Shown here: in pieces, positions 53,116-62,960 of the stretch | Layout: every line of letters begins with the position of its first letter | Numbering within the stretch: position 1 is the stretch's first letter | NCBI GenBank assembly: GCA_963844715.1 | Contig: CAWJPJ010000008.1 | Coordinates: forward strand, 544,001-608,000 | Origin: an uncultured Phycisphaerales bacterium | Lineage (GTDB): Bacteria; Planctomycetota; Phycisphaerae; Tepidisphaerales; Tepidisphaeraceae | DNA length: 64,000 bases | Reading direction: 5' to 3' | Program-made: the position numbers and the translations under genes | The notes under the pieces: model-generated | Told to the model about the DNA's origin: nothing | The model's database searches: none | What the model saw: only the letters and a program-made list of their open reading frames with translations

Positions 53116-54405
53116 TTATCTTCGTCCTTCCAAATCGGCGTCCAGGGTTCGCCACCATCTTGCGGCATCCAGCAGGGGGAGTCTGGAGGGGCAGACGTGG
53201 GAGCAGAGGCCGCATTCGATGCAGGCGTGGAGGCCGGCGGAATCGGCCATAGCGTGATCGCCGCGTTGGACGGCTTCGAGAATTCCGGCGGGTTGGACGC
53301 GCGTTGGGCAGGCTTCGAGACACCACCCGCAGCGCACGCAGGGTTGGGGGCTGCGGACGATTTCCGGCGGGCTGACGTGGAGGGTGAGTTCACCGCAGGC
53401 GAGGACGGTGTCGGGGGTGAGGCGGATGTCGCGGAGAAGCTCCCCGCCGCGAAGGGTGACGCCGTCGGCGGGGATTTGCAGCGCGGCCAGAAGATCGCGG
53501 ATGCGCGTGCCGACGGGGACGTTTACGAAATGTTTTTGATGGCGGAGGTGATCGTTTACGGCGGCGGGCGTGAAGAGGGCGGGGCGGCCGTCGAGCAGGT
53601 CGCCCACGGCCAGGGCTGCCGCGGCGTCGAGAAGGATGACGCCCTGCGTGGCGGGGGACATACCGGGGCGCAGGCGGTCGCCGGTGAGGGTGTATTGTAT
53701 GAGCGTGGGATCGGATTGGGGATAATCGTTGGCCAGTTCGATGATCTCCATGTCGGCCTTGAAGGCGGCGCTGCGGAGGGGGTCGATCCATGGGGGAGTG
53801 GCTTCGGTTTCGACGACCAACTGGGCCTGCTCGGCGCCGGTCGCCTGCCGGAGGAGTTCGATGGCGCGGATCATCAGCGGGGCCTTTGTGGCGGCGATGA
53901 GGGCGCACAGCCGCAGGCCGGGGTCGGAATCGAGAATGGTGCAAATGACCCGGCGGGATCCAATGCGCACGGCCAGATTCAGCTGGGCGAGCAGATCGGG
54001 GCTGGCGGTGCGATCGGCGCCGACGCCGGCGCGGCGCAGGCGGTCGATCAATCCGACCAGATTTATTTCCTCCTGGGGATGCGGTATTGGCGGATGGTTT
54101 TTCTGATTGGGACTGGCGGCGAATTCCAGGGCCGGGACGGTTCGGCCGGTGGTGAGCCGCGCTTTGCGCAATGGGCCGAGGATGCCGTCCAATGGCGCAA
54201 GAGGGATATGGGAAAGCTCATCGTCCTGGCGGACAATTTTTTCGCCGGCTGAGACGCGGGTTCCCGCGGGCAGCGGCTCGGCGGCGCCCCCGCCCCGGTG
54301 CGACAGCGGAATCAGCAACTGATCGGGGCGGACGGATCGAACGGCCGGCAAATTTTCCGGCCAGAGGGGCGAGAATCTCGCCTGCGAAGATGTGGGGGTC
54401 TCCAT
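53116..54405 (-). CDS. RnfC-like iron-sulfur protein, divergent
   Basis: N-terminal barrel (IPL..GTRV..APLDG), YPQ, VPVGT SLBB region, CVRCGWCLEACP and CIECGLCSHVCPS. Confidence 0.82.
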   Translation of the reverse strand: METPTSSQARFSPLWPENLPAVRSVRPDQLLIPLSHRGGGAAEPLPAGTRVSAGEKIVRQDDELSHIPLAPLDGILGPLRKARLTTGRTVPALEFAASPNQKNHPPIPHPQEEINLVGLIDRLRRAGVGADRTASPDLLAQLNLAVRIGSRRVICTILDSDPGLRLCALIAATKAPLMIRAIELLRQATGAEQAQLVVETEATPPWIDPLRSAAFKADMEIIELANDYPQSDPTLIQYTLTGDRLRPGMSPATQGVILLDAAAALAVGDLLDGRPALFTPAAVNDHLRHQKHFVNVPVGTRIRDLLAALQIPADGVTLRGGELLRDIRLTPDTVLACGELTLHVSPPEIVRSPQPCVRCGWCLEACPTRVQPAGILEAVQRGDHAMADSAGLHACIECGLCSHVCPSRLPLLDAARWWRTLDADLEGRR

Positions 54406-54614
54406 AACCGAGATGCGGTCTATTCTTGTCAAGACGCTGACGCGAAGCAAATAGTGGCTTGCAAATAATCCAATAAACTACGGCTTACCTGCGAAAAGAC
54501 ACGTAGTAGAATTTTGCGACGCGAATTTTTTCAGTTGTCCGCGGGGACATTAAGGCGTAAACTTTTTGCGACTGACCGCACGTTACCGGGTAGCCGGCGC
54601 CATAGGCAATAATC

Positions 54615-55331
54615 TTGAATTTCAAACTTTCCTATTTTCAGGACTGTGTCCTGGCTTGTTTAGTTTTATTGCTGGCCGGCGGCGCGGCGAAGGCTCAGCT
54701 GCTGACGCCGTGGCCGGATTATGACGCCAATGCGCGCGATCTCAGCACGATTCTCGGCAACGAATTGAACAACTCCTACGCGATGAATTCATTTTTCGCG
54801 GTGACTGACGATGGCGATAGCGCAAAATTTTCCCCGGGTGAGGATTTCAATTTCCCGGCGGCTTCGGCGAGCTCGGCGGGGATCGCGGCCGGCGCGGTCG
54901 ATCCGGGTTCGCCCGGGGCAGCGGCGCCCGAGGCGCAGCAAATGGTTCAGGGCGTGGTCAATCCGGGGGAGGATTCATTGCCGACGATGGATACGTTGCG
55001 TTCGCTGGTGAGCGGCGTGTTCAGCGACTACCAGCCGGCGGCGTTCAGCCTGTCGGATGGGGATGGATCGCTGGAAGGCGTGGACGGGGGGACTGGCGCG
55101 GACGATTCGGCGGGGCCGCTGTCGGATGTGAATGCGATGGCGGCGGTTACCCCGGCGCTTTCGCAGGCGAGCGATTTAAATCTTGGGAAACTGCCGGCGT
55201 TTTGCGCGGCGGTTATCGGAGCGAGCGCGGCGGTGGGAGTGGTCGCGCTGCGCCGTCGGCGTTCGACGCGCAAAAAAAATCGCCCCTCACCCGTCCTGCG
55301 GAAACTAGCGGAGGACATAGGGAGAGGCTGA
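54615..55331 (+). CDS. Exported acidic protein with C-terminal TM + basic tail
   Basis: Signal peptide ..AAKAQ; ends LPAFCAAVIGASAAVGVVALRRRRSTRKK. Confidence 0.55.
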   Translation: MNFKLSYFQDCVLACLVLLLAGGAAKAQLLTPWPDYDANARDLSTILGNELNNSYAMNSFFAVTDDGDSAKFSPGEDFNFPAASASSAGIAAGAVDPGSPGAAAPEAQQMVQGVVNPGEDSLPTMDTLRSLVSGVFSDYQPAAFSLSDGDGSLEGVDGGTGADDSAGPLSDVNAMAAVTPALSQASDLNLGKLPAFCAAVIGASAAVGVVALRRRRSTRKKNRPSPVLRKLAEDIGRG

Positions 55332-55335
55332 GATG

Positions 55336-56170
55336 TCACGCGCCGGCGAGGGGGATGCGATTTTTTCGGCACAGATTTTTGAGGGCATCGGCGGCTTCTT
55401 TGAAGAGTTCGGGGCCGGTGGTGCCGTCGAATTGGCCTGCGGTTTTTAGATGGGGTTCGAGGCTTAGGAAACCTGAATAACCTGCGCGGTGAAGGTCGAC
55501 CAGGATCGGCTCGAGTTGGCCGTCGCCTTTGCCGGCGGGGACGACTTTGCCGGTGGCCAGAATGGCGTCCTTGATATGAATGTGGATGGTGTATGGTTTC
55601 AGGGCCGGCCAGACATCCAAAGGCCGCTCTTGCTCCTGTATGAAATTGGCGAAGTCGAAGGCCATGCGAAATTGGGGGGAGTTTAACGTCGCCAGAAGAT
55701 CGAGGCATTCCTTGCCTTTGGCGCCATAGATTTCTTTTTCGTTTTCGTGGACGAGTGTCACCGGGCGATTTTTTACGTAATCCAGCTTGGCGCGCATGCG
55801 GCACAGGACTTCGTCGCGATTTGGGGCCATGCTCTGGCCTTTTTCGGGCGGGTAATAGCTGAAAATGCGGATGAGGGGGGCGGAGAAATATTCGGCTAAT
55901 CGGACCGCGATTTTGAAGCGCTCGAAATGGGGTTCCCAGGGTTCGGTGATTTTTACTTTGCCTATGGGGGAGGCGATGCATAACACGTCGATGCCGGATT
56001 TTTTTTAGCGTGGATTTAATTTTTTGGCATTCGTTTTCGGTGAGATCCAGGACGTTTTTTCCCCATACGCCGCGGAGTTCCAGGTGGGTGACGGCGCAAT
56101 CCTTCAACGAGGCGATCTGTTGGTCGAGGTCTGGGGAGATTTCATCGGCGAAGGCGCTTAATCGCATCAT
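55336..56170 (-). CDS. Sugar-phosphate isomerase/epimerase (xylose-isomerase-like TIM barrel), frameshift near 56000
   Basis: LSAFADEI, ELRGV, IRIFS, HENE, FDFAN, HIKD, GKGDG, SLEPHL. Confidence 0.88.
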
Positions 56171-56405
56171 GTTTAAGAGAATGGTCCATGAGATGTATCC
56201 AGTCAAGACTAGCGAGAAGAAGAGGAGGTAGGTCGGGTGGGACATTCGTGCCGAGGAGACGCGTGGGCTCGTATATGAGGGCGCGTCGTCGATTCGATCG
56301 CCGTTGGCTGGCCTGGTGGGGGAGGGGTCACCCTTTACGCGAGGGGGCGTTCGGGTGGTTTTTTCCTTTTGCGGGCGGTTCTTATAAGATCACGTGCTTT
56401 CACCC

Positions 56406-57908
56406 ATGGCGGAAGCAACTACCGGACATTACGAGCAAGAGCGGCGGCAGAAATTGGCGAAGCTGCGCGAAATGGGGGTTGATCCTTATGGGGGGCGCGT
56501 GGAGGGGCTGTTGCCGCTGGCGGAGGTGAAGGCTTCGTATAAGCCGGAGATGGGGCATGACGGGGGGCCTGCGGTTTCGGTGGCGGGGCGGATCGTGCTG
56601 AAACGCGATATGGGGAAGCTGAGCTTTATTACGTTGCGCGATGAGACGGGGGATGTTCAGGTGGGATTGGACAAGAAACGCCTGTCCGAGCGCGATTGGC
56701 AGGTGCGCGATCTGCTCGATCTGGGCGATCAGATCGTCGTGTCGGGAAAACTGGGGCAGACGAACAAGGGGGAGACGACTGTTTGGGGCGAAACGGTTTC
56801 GATTTCGTCCAAGGCGCTGCTGCCACCGCCGGCGAAGTGGGAGGGGCTGGGGGATGTGGAACTGCGGTATCGGCAGAGATACGTCGATCTGTGGGCGAAC
56901 CCCGAAGTGATGCGGCTGGCGCAGACCCGCATTCGCATTATCCAGGAAATCCGGAAATTCATGACGGCCAAGGGTTTTGTCGAAGTCGAAACGCCGATGA
57001 TGCAGAGCCTGGCCGGTGGGGCGGCGGCCAAGCCGTTCGTGACGCATCATAATGCGCTGGATATTCCGCTCTATTTGCGCATCGCACCGGAGCTTTATCT
57101 CAAGCGGCTGCTGGTGGGCGGATTCGGGAAAGTGTTCGAGCTGAACCGGAATTTCCGCAATGAGGGAATCAGCCCGCGGCATAATCCTGAGTTTACGATG
57201 CTTGAGGCGTATGAGGCATACGGCTCTTGGGAAACGATGGCGGACTTGATTGAAGAACTGATCACAACCGTTGCCCAGAATATTTTCGGCAAACTGCTCA
57301 TCGAGCACGCCAATGGACGGAAGATCAATCTGCGCGGCCCTGGCGGCGGGTACGGATGACGGAACTTGTCAAAGAAATGACTGGTTGGGAATTCACAAAA
57401 GAATCTTTGACGAGTGCGCCTTCAGCAGTTGTCGATAAAATTGGTGATATGTACGGATCCGGCGAAAGTCGCCGTAACTACCTTCACCACCTATCGGGAT
57501 TATCTCCCGCTGAGCAGCTTCAGGAAGTCTACGAAAAATTGATCGAGCCGACGCTGATCGATCCTTGTTTTGTGACGCATGTGCCGTCGGTGATTATTCC
57601 GCTGGCGCGAGAACCAGGAAGATCCGTTTTTCGCGGACGTCTACGAACTGGCCATCAACGGCGTCGAGATTTCGCCGGGGTATAGCGAGTTAAACGATCC
57701 GGACGCCCAGGCCAAGCATTTTGCGCATCAGGTTGGGATCAAGGAGGAGCAGCAGAAAGTGGATGAGGATTTTCTGAACGCTCTGAAGACCGGCATGCCG
57801 CCGGCGGGGGGATTGGGGATGGGGATCGATCGGTTGGTGATGATGCTGACGGGGGCTGAAAGCATTCGCGACGTGATTTTGTTTCCGCTTCTTAAGCCGC
57901 AGGGTTGA
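56406..57908 (+). CDS. lysS: Lysine-tRNA ligase class II (two frameshifts)
   Basis: [66 protein letters not shown]. Confidence 0.96.
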
Positions 57909-59425
57909 TGTACAAGGTCCTCCTCATCACGAAGTATCTGCGCAAGCGGCGCATTGCCTGGGTTTCTTTGATTGCGGTGATGCTCTGTACGGCGATGGTG
58001 CTCGTCGTCATCAGCGTGATGGGGGGATGGCTGCGGATGTTTCGGGAGACGAGCCATGCGCTGGTGGGGGATTTGGTGGTTTACCGGCTGTCTTTGGACG
58101 GGTTTCCGCATTATCAGGACATGATCGACAAGATCGAGGCGCTGCCGGAGGTGAAGGCGGCTTCGCCGCAGATTCATACCTATGGGCTGGTGAATATCGT
58201 CGATCAGATTCGCACCGGCGTGGAAGTTGTCGGGTACGACATCAAGACGATCGGGCAGGTGAACGGATTCGTGGACAGCCTGCATCTTCAGAAATCGGAA
58301 CTGCTGGCCAAAGCGGCGCAAGATGAAGAGGAAGCGAAGGGCGCGCTGCCGGAGGATGCGGCGCAGCTCGAGGCGAACGCGGCGGCGATGCGGCAGAAGG
58401 CGGGGGCGTTTCCGTCGTGGGACAAGCCGCTGTCGGCGGAGGCGTATCGGGATGCATTGCCGAATTCGAAGGCGGATGTGGCGAGTTGGCCGGGGATGAT
58501 CGTGGGGACGGGGGTGATCGGTTTGCGGCCGGATGATCACGGGGTCGTGCAGCGGACGGATTTTATGTACCGAGCCTGGGTGAGGCTGACGGTTTTGAAT
58601 ATTTCTCAGGGGGAAGACGTGACGGCGGATAACCGCCTGATTCGGCCTTACTGGATTGTTGATGACAGCCACACGGGAGTTTTCCAGGTGGATCAGAATA
58701 CGGTCTATGTGCCGTTCGATGTGCTGCAAAAAGATTTGAACATGGATGCGCAGAGCTATACGGACGCGACGACGGGGGAGAAGAAAGTGCAGCCGGCGCG
58801 GTGCGACGAAATTGAGATCAGCCTGAAGCCGGGGTTCGATCCGAATCTGGTGAAGCCGGAGGTTCAGAAGATCGTGGCGGACATGACCCGGCAGTACGAC
58901 GATATGACATTCAATTACGATCCGATCGTAACCGAGACGTGGGAAGAGCGGCAGGCGGATTTCCTGTCGGCGGTCGAGCATGAAAAATCGCTGCTGGTGA
59001 TTCTCTTTGCGATCATCAGTGTCGTGGCGATCTTCCTGATCTTCTGCATTTTCTTCATGATCGTGGTCGAGAAGACGCGCGACATCGGGATCATCAAGAG
59101 CGTCGGCGCGACGGGCAGCGGAGTGATGGCGATATTTCTGGGTTACGGCCTGGCGATCGGAATCGTCGGCGCCGGCGGGGGATTGCTATTGGGGTATTTG
59201 ATCATTCATAACATCAATCAGTTGCACGCCTGGATGTCGGAGCATCTGGGCGTGACGGTGTGGAACGCCAAGACGTACGTTTTCGACACGATCCCGAACA
59301 CCATGGATACGCGGGACGTCGTGGTGATCGTGTCCGTGGCGATTCTGTCGGCAGTCGCGGGGGCGCTGGTTCCGGCGATTCGCGCAGCGCGCATGAATCC
59401 GGTTGAAGCCTTGCGATGGGAATGA
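57908..59425 (+). CDS. Lipoprotein-releasing ABC permease LolC/E family
   Basis: VVISVMGG, large periplasmic domain, VEKTRDIGIIKSVGA, PAIRAARMNPVEALRWE. Confidence 0.9.
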   Translation: MYKVLLITKYLRKRRIAWVSLIAVMLCTAMVLVVISVMGGWLRMFRETSHALVGDLVVYRLSLDGFPHYQDMIDKIEALPEVKAASPQIHTYGLVNIVDQIRTGVEVVGYDIKTIGQVNGFVDSLHLQKSELLAKAAQDEEEAKGALPEDAAQLEANAAAMRQKAGAFPSWDKPLSAEAYRDALPNSKADVASWPGMIVGTGVIGLRPDDHGVVQRTDFMYRAWVRLTVLNISQGEDVTADNRLIRPYWIVDDSHTGVFQVDQNTVYVPFDVLQKDLNMDAQSYTDATTGEKKVQPARCDEIEISLKPGFDPNLVKPEVQKIVADMTRQYDDMTFNYDPIVTETWEERQADFLSAVEHEKSLLVILFAIISVVAIFLIFCIFFMIVVEKTRDIGIIKSVGATGSGVMAIFLGYGLAIGIVGAGGGLLLGYLIIHNINQLHAWMSEHLGVTVWNAKTYVFDTIPNTMDTRDVVVIVSVAILSAVAGALVPAIRAARMNPVEALRWE

Positions 59426-59434
59426 AGGAAGACG

Positions 59435-60127
59435 ATGGCATTGCTGACGGCATCCGGGCTTCGCAAACGATATCGCATGGGCGACAGCGATCTGGAGGTG
59501 CTGCGCCGAGTCGATCTGGCCGTGCAGGCGGGCGAGTTTTTGGCGATCGAGGGGCGCAGCGGCTCGGGGAAGAGTACTTTGCTGCATATTCTGGGGGCGC
59601 TGGAATCATTCGACGAGGGGAAGGTGTGCTACGAGGACCGCGAATTCGCGGGCCTGTCGGCGTCGCAGCGCAGCGAATTGCGAAACCGCAAATTCGGATT
59701 CGTCTTCCAGTTTTATCATTTATTGCCCGAATTGAACGTGCTGGAAAACACGCTGCTGGCGCCGATGATCGAATTTTCCTGGCTGGGATTTCGATCCAGG
59801 CGAGCGGAACTGCGAAAAAAGGCCCGGGAGCTGCTGGCGGAGCTGGGAATGGAGCAGCGGCTGCGGCATAAGCCTCACCAACTCAGCGGCGGAGAACGCC
59901 AGCGGGTCGCCATTGCCAGGGCGTTGATGAATCAGCCGAGGGTTTTGTTCGCCGACGAACCGACGGGGAACCTCGATTTTGAGACCGGGAGGCAGATCAT
60001 GGGCCTGCTGGAACGGTTGCACAAAAACTCGAATCAGACGATTATCATGGTCACGCACGACCGAACCCTGGCCCGCCAGGCGGATCGAGTCCTGGTTCTT
60101 AATAACGGAGTGATGGAAAAGGCGTAG
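59435..60127 (+). CDS. lolD: Lipoprotein-releasing ABC ATPase LolD
   Basis: GRSGSGKS, GFVFQFYHLL, LSGGERQR, DEPTGNLD, VTHD. Confidence 0.88.
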   Translation: MALLTASGLRKRYRMGDSDLEVLRRVDLAVQAGEFLAIEGRSGSGKSTLLHILGALESFDEGKVCYEDREFAGLSASQRSELRNRKFGFVFQFYHLLPELNVLENTLLAPMIEFSWLGFRSRRAELRKKARELLAELGMEQRLRHKPHQLSGGERQRVAIARALMNQPRVLFADEPTGNLDFETGRQIMGLLERLHKNSNQTIIMVTHDRTLARQADRVLVLNNGVMEKA

Positions 60128-60155
60128 AATGGGTTTCTACGCCGGGAGCAGTCCA

Positions 60156-61012
60156 ATGTCCCGCAAAATCTGGATCGACGGCAAACTCTACGATCAGGAG
60201 CACGCCAAGATCAGCGTGTACGATCACGGCCTGCTTTACGGCGACGGCGTTTTCGAGGGAATCCGGGTTTACCAGGGCAAGATTTTTGAAGGCGATGCCC
60301 ATCTGCATCGCCTGTTTGATTCGGCGAAGTCCATTCGGCTGACGCCGGCGTATTCGCGCGAGGAACTCAAAACGATCATGCAGGAAGTGGTCCGCGCCAA
60401 CGGGCTGACGGATTGTTACATCCGGCTGATTCTTACCCGCGGGGTGGGATATCTCGGATTGAACCCCAGTCGGTGCTCGAACCCGAGCACCATCGTGATC
60501 GCCGATACGATCGATATCTATCCCAAGGAGACGTACGAGAAGGGGATGTCGATCATCACGGCGTCGGTGATTCGCAACCATCCGAATACAATTCCGCCGC
60601 GGGTGAAGAGCCTGAATTATCTGAACAATATTCTTGCGAAGCTCGAAGCCGCGGATGCCGGCGTTCCGGAGGCGCTGATGCTGAATCATGAAGGCAATGT
60701 CGCGGAATGCTCGGCGGACAATATTTTCATCGTGCGCGGCGGGCAATTGCAGACGCCGGGGACGGCGGACGGAATCCTTGAAGGGGTGACGCGACGGGTG
60801 ATTCTCGATCTGGCGCGCAAATTGGGGATTGATTCAATCGAAAAAACACTTCAGCGATATGATTTGTATATCGCCGATGAGTGTTTCCTGACGGGCACGG
60901 CTGCCGAGGTGGTTCCGGTGACCCGGATCGACGGCAGACCGATCGCGCAGGAGCGCCAGGACCCGTTACCGGGAAACTTAAGGATGCATTTGCGCGGCAT
61001 GTGCGCGGGTGA
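60156..61012 (+). CDS. ilvE: Branched-chain amino acid aminotransferase (3' frameshift)
   Basis: DHGLLYGDGVFEGIR, KSLNYLNN, ILEGVTR, DECFLTGTAAEV. Confidence 0.94.
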
Positions 61013-61061
61013 AAGGCGATCTTGGAGCAGCAAAGCGTCAATTCCATGTTACCCGCGTAAT

Positions 61062-61100
61062 TTGACACGTTTTGCCCCTACCATTACAGTTTTGCCCCTA
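61062..61100 (+). promoter_or_regulatory. Sigma70-like promoter overlapped by a 12-bp direct repeat
   Basis: TTGACA-17 nt-TACAGT; GTTTTGCCCCTA at 61069-61080 and 61089-61100. Confidence 0.65.
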
Positions 61101-61125
61101 ATGCTCTAGAACCATGGAGGCATTG

Positions 61126-61383
61126 ATGCAGGAATATGAGACGCTGAAGCGATTGGTCGCCGAAGCTGAAGAAGACGTGAACAAGGCCATTGGGGGCAAC
61201 AAGGCCGCCGGCACGCGTGTTCGCAAGAAGATGCAGGAAGTAAAGGCAGCCGCCCAGGAGGTTCGCAAGAAGATCCTGGAAGGGCGTCAGGCGGAACCTG
61301 GCGCAGGCCTGAGCGATTCACAAGTACTTCCGGGTGCAGGGTTTGCGGTGAATCCTGACGGCGGCGAGTCCCGGCTCGACTAA
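61126..61383 (+). CDS. Small histone H1-like (Hc1-family) protein; true stop may be near 61312
   Basis: GGAGG RBS; GNKAAGTRVRKKMQEVK..AQEVRK. Confidence 0.75.
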   Translation: MQEYETLKRLVAEAEEDVNKAIGGNKAAGTRVRKKMQEVKAAAQEVRKKILEGRQAEPGAGLSDSQVLPGAGFAVNPDGGESRLD

Positions 61384-61452
61384 GCTGCCGCTCCTCAAAG
61401 GGGCGGGTTCCCTCGCGCCGGCCGAGCCGAGATTCACCCGACTGCGACACGG
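61330..61452. ncRNA. Candidate structured RNA of unknown family
   Basis: Nested stems GCAG/CTGC, GGTGAATC/GATTCACC, CGGC.GCGAG/CTCGCGCCG capped by two hairpins. Confidence 0.4.
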
Positions 61453-61473
61453 GTTAGTTTCGATCATCTCTCC

Positions 61474-61947
61474 ATGCCCGCGCAAATTCTTTTCGACCTC
61501 GCCGGCATCGATCTCAATCGAATTCTGTTCGATCAGGAGGTCATTCGTCAGTTCAATCCGCAGCGCGGGGACATGGAAATGCTGGACGGCATCGTCTACG
61601 CCGACGCCGAAAAACACTTAATCATGGGATACAAAGACGTTCGTGAGGATGAATTTTGGGTTCCCGGGCACATTCCGGGGCGGCCGATTTTTCCGGGTGT
61701 GCTCATGATCGAATGCGCGGCGCAACTGGCTTCGTTCTATGCGAAGAAATATGTTGGATGGACGGGGTTCATGGGGTTTGGGGGCATTGAGCAGTGCCGG
61801 TTTCGGGCCCAGGTGACGCCGCCGAGCCGGATGTACATACTCGGGGAGCGGCTGTGGCAACGGAAAAACGTCATCTGCTGCAAGCATCAGGGGGTGGTCG
61901 ACGGAAATATTGTGTTTGATATGACAATCGTCGGCGCTCGGATGTGA
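61474..61947 (+). CDS. FabA/FabZ-family 3-hydroxyacyl-ACP dehydratase
   Basis: NPQR..MLD, FWVPGHIPGRPIFPGVLMIE, FRAQVTP. Confidence 0.88.
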   Translation: MPAQILFDLAGIDLNRILFDQEVIRQFNPQRGDMEMLDGIVYADAEKHLIMGYKDVREDEFWVPGHIPGRPIFPGVLMIECAAQLASFYAKKYVGWTGFMGFGGIEQCRFRAQVTPPSRMYILGERLWQRKNVICCKHQGVVDGNIVFDMTIVGARM

Positions 61948-62022
61948 AAAAAAGCGAACGGATGGCCGTCCGTTGGCTTTCTGCGATTGAATCCCGCGAT
62001 ATCATTACCTCTAACAACGGGC

Positions 62023-62896
62023 ATGACTTTTTCATTGCTCCAATCCGCGGGCGCGACTCCGATCGCTTGTCTTGACGTCGAAACGACGGGAGCGAGTTCG
62101 GAATTGGGCGATCGCATCGTCGAAATCGGAATCGTTCGCTACGAATACGGAAAAGTCGTCGCGGAATATCAGCAACTGATCGATCCGCGGCGGCGGATTT
62201 CGCCGGGCGCGTCGGCGATTACCGGCATCACCGATGAAATGTGCAAAGGGCAGCCGACGTTTGGCCAGGCGTGGCCAAAATGCAGGGAGATGCTTTTGGG
62301 AGCGGCTTTGCTGGGGCATAACATTCCGTTCGATCTGTCGTTTTTGATGCGTGAAGCGGCGCAGGGGGGGCGAATCTTTGCCGGAGTTTTGCCGCCTTCC
62401 GATTCTGGACACGGTTCGGATCGCCCGGCGGCGATTTGGGCGCGGGGGAAACAGCCTGGGCAAGCTGGCGCGGCGGCTGGAGTACGAGCCGCCGATCGCG
62501 CATCGCGCTCTGGCCAACGCGCAGACGACGGGGATTATTTTTGACAAGCTGCTGGAGCCGGTCGGGGGATGGAATGTCGCGATGTGCGATCTGCTGATCG
62601 AGCAGGGGGGGCCGGTTTCGTGGCCGTCGGCCGGCGCGGGCGGGAATCCGCTGCCGGTGGAATTGGAAGAGGCGATGGAATCGCGTCGTCCGGTGATGAT
62701 GGAATACGTGGACGCGTCGAATCGGCGCTCGCAGCGCGTGATCGAGCCGCTGCAGATTCGGCGGTTTGACGACGAGCTGGTTTTAATTGCGTTTTGCCGG
62801 CTTCGGAAGGATCGCCGCAACTTCAAGATTCAGCGCATCGTGAGTCTTTCCCGAATCGAGTCGGCTGACGGCGCGGTGGCGGCGGACGTGACGTAA
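62023..62896 (+). CDS. DEDDh (DnaQ-like) exonuclease fused to a WYL domain (frameshift near 62380)
   Basis: LDVETTG, GHNIPFDLSF, LDT, HRAL; C-terminal YVD..RVIEP...AFCRLRKDRRNFKIQRI. Confidence 0.85.
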
Positions 62897-62960
62897 AAGA
62901 GAAACGCTTTGTTCGCGGCGGGCGGCTGGCAAGTCTGGGCCACCCCCGTATGATGGGTGC

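Noticed and set aside
56171..56245. N-terminal TM extension of the TIM-barrel isomerase
   Set aside because: The segment contains a TTGACT-17-CATTCT promoter-like pattern; the family normally starts at MRLSAFADE
61330..61452. SRP RNA (ffs)
   Set aside because: No CAGG..GGAA..AGCAG domain IV motif on either strand
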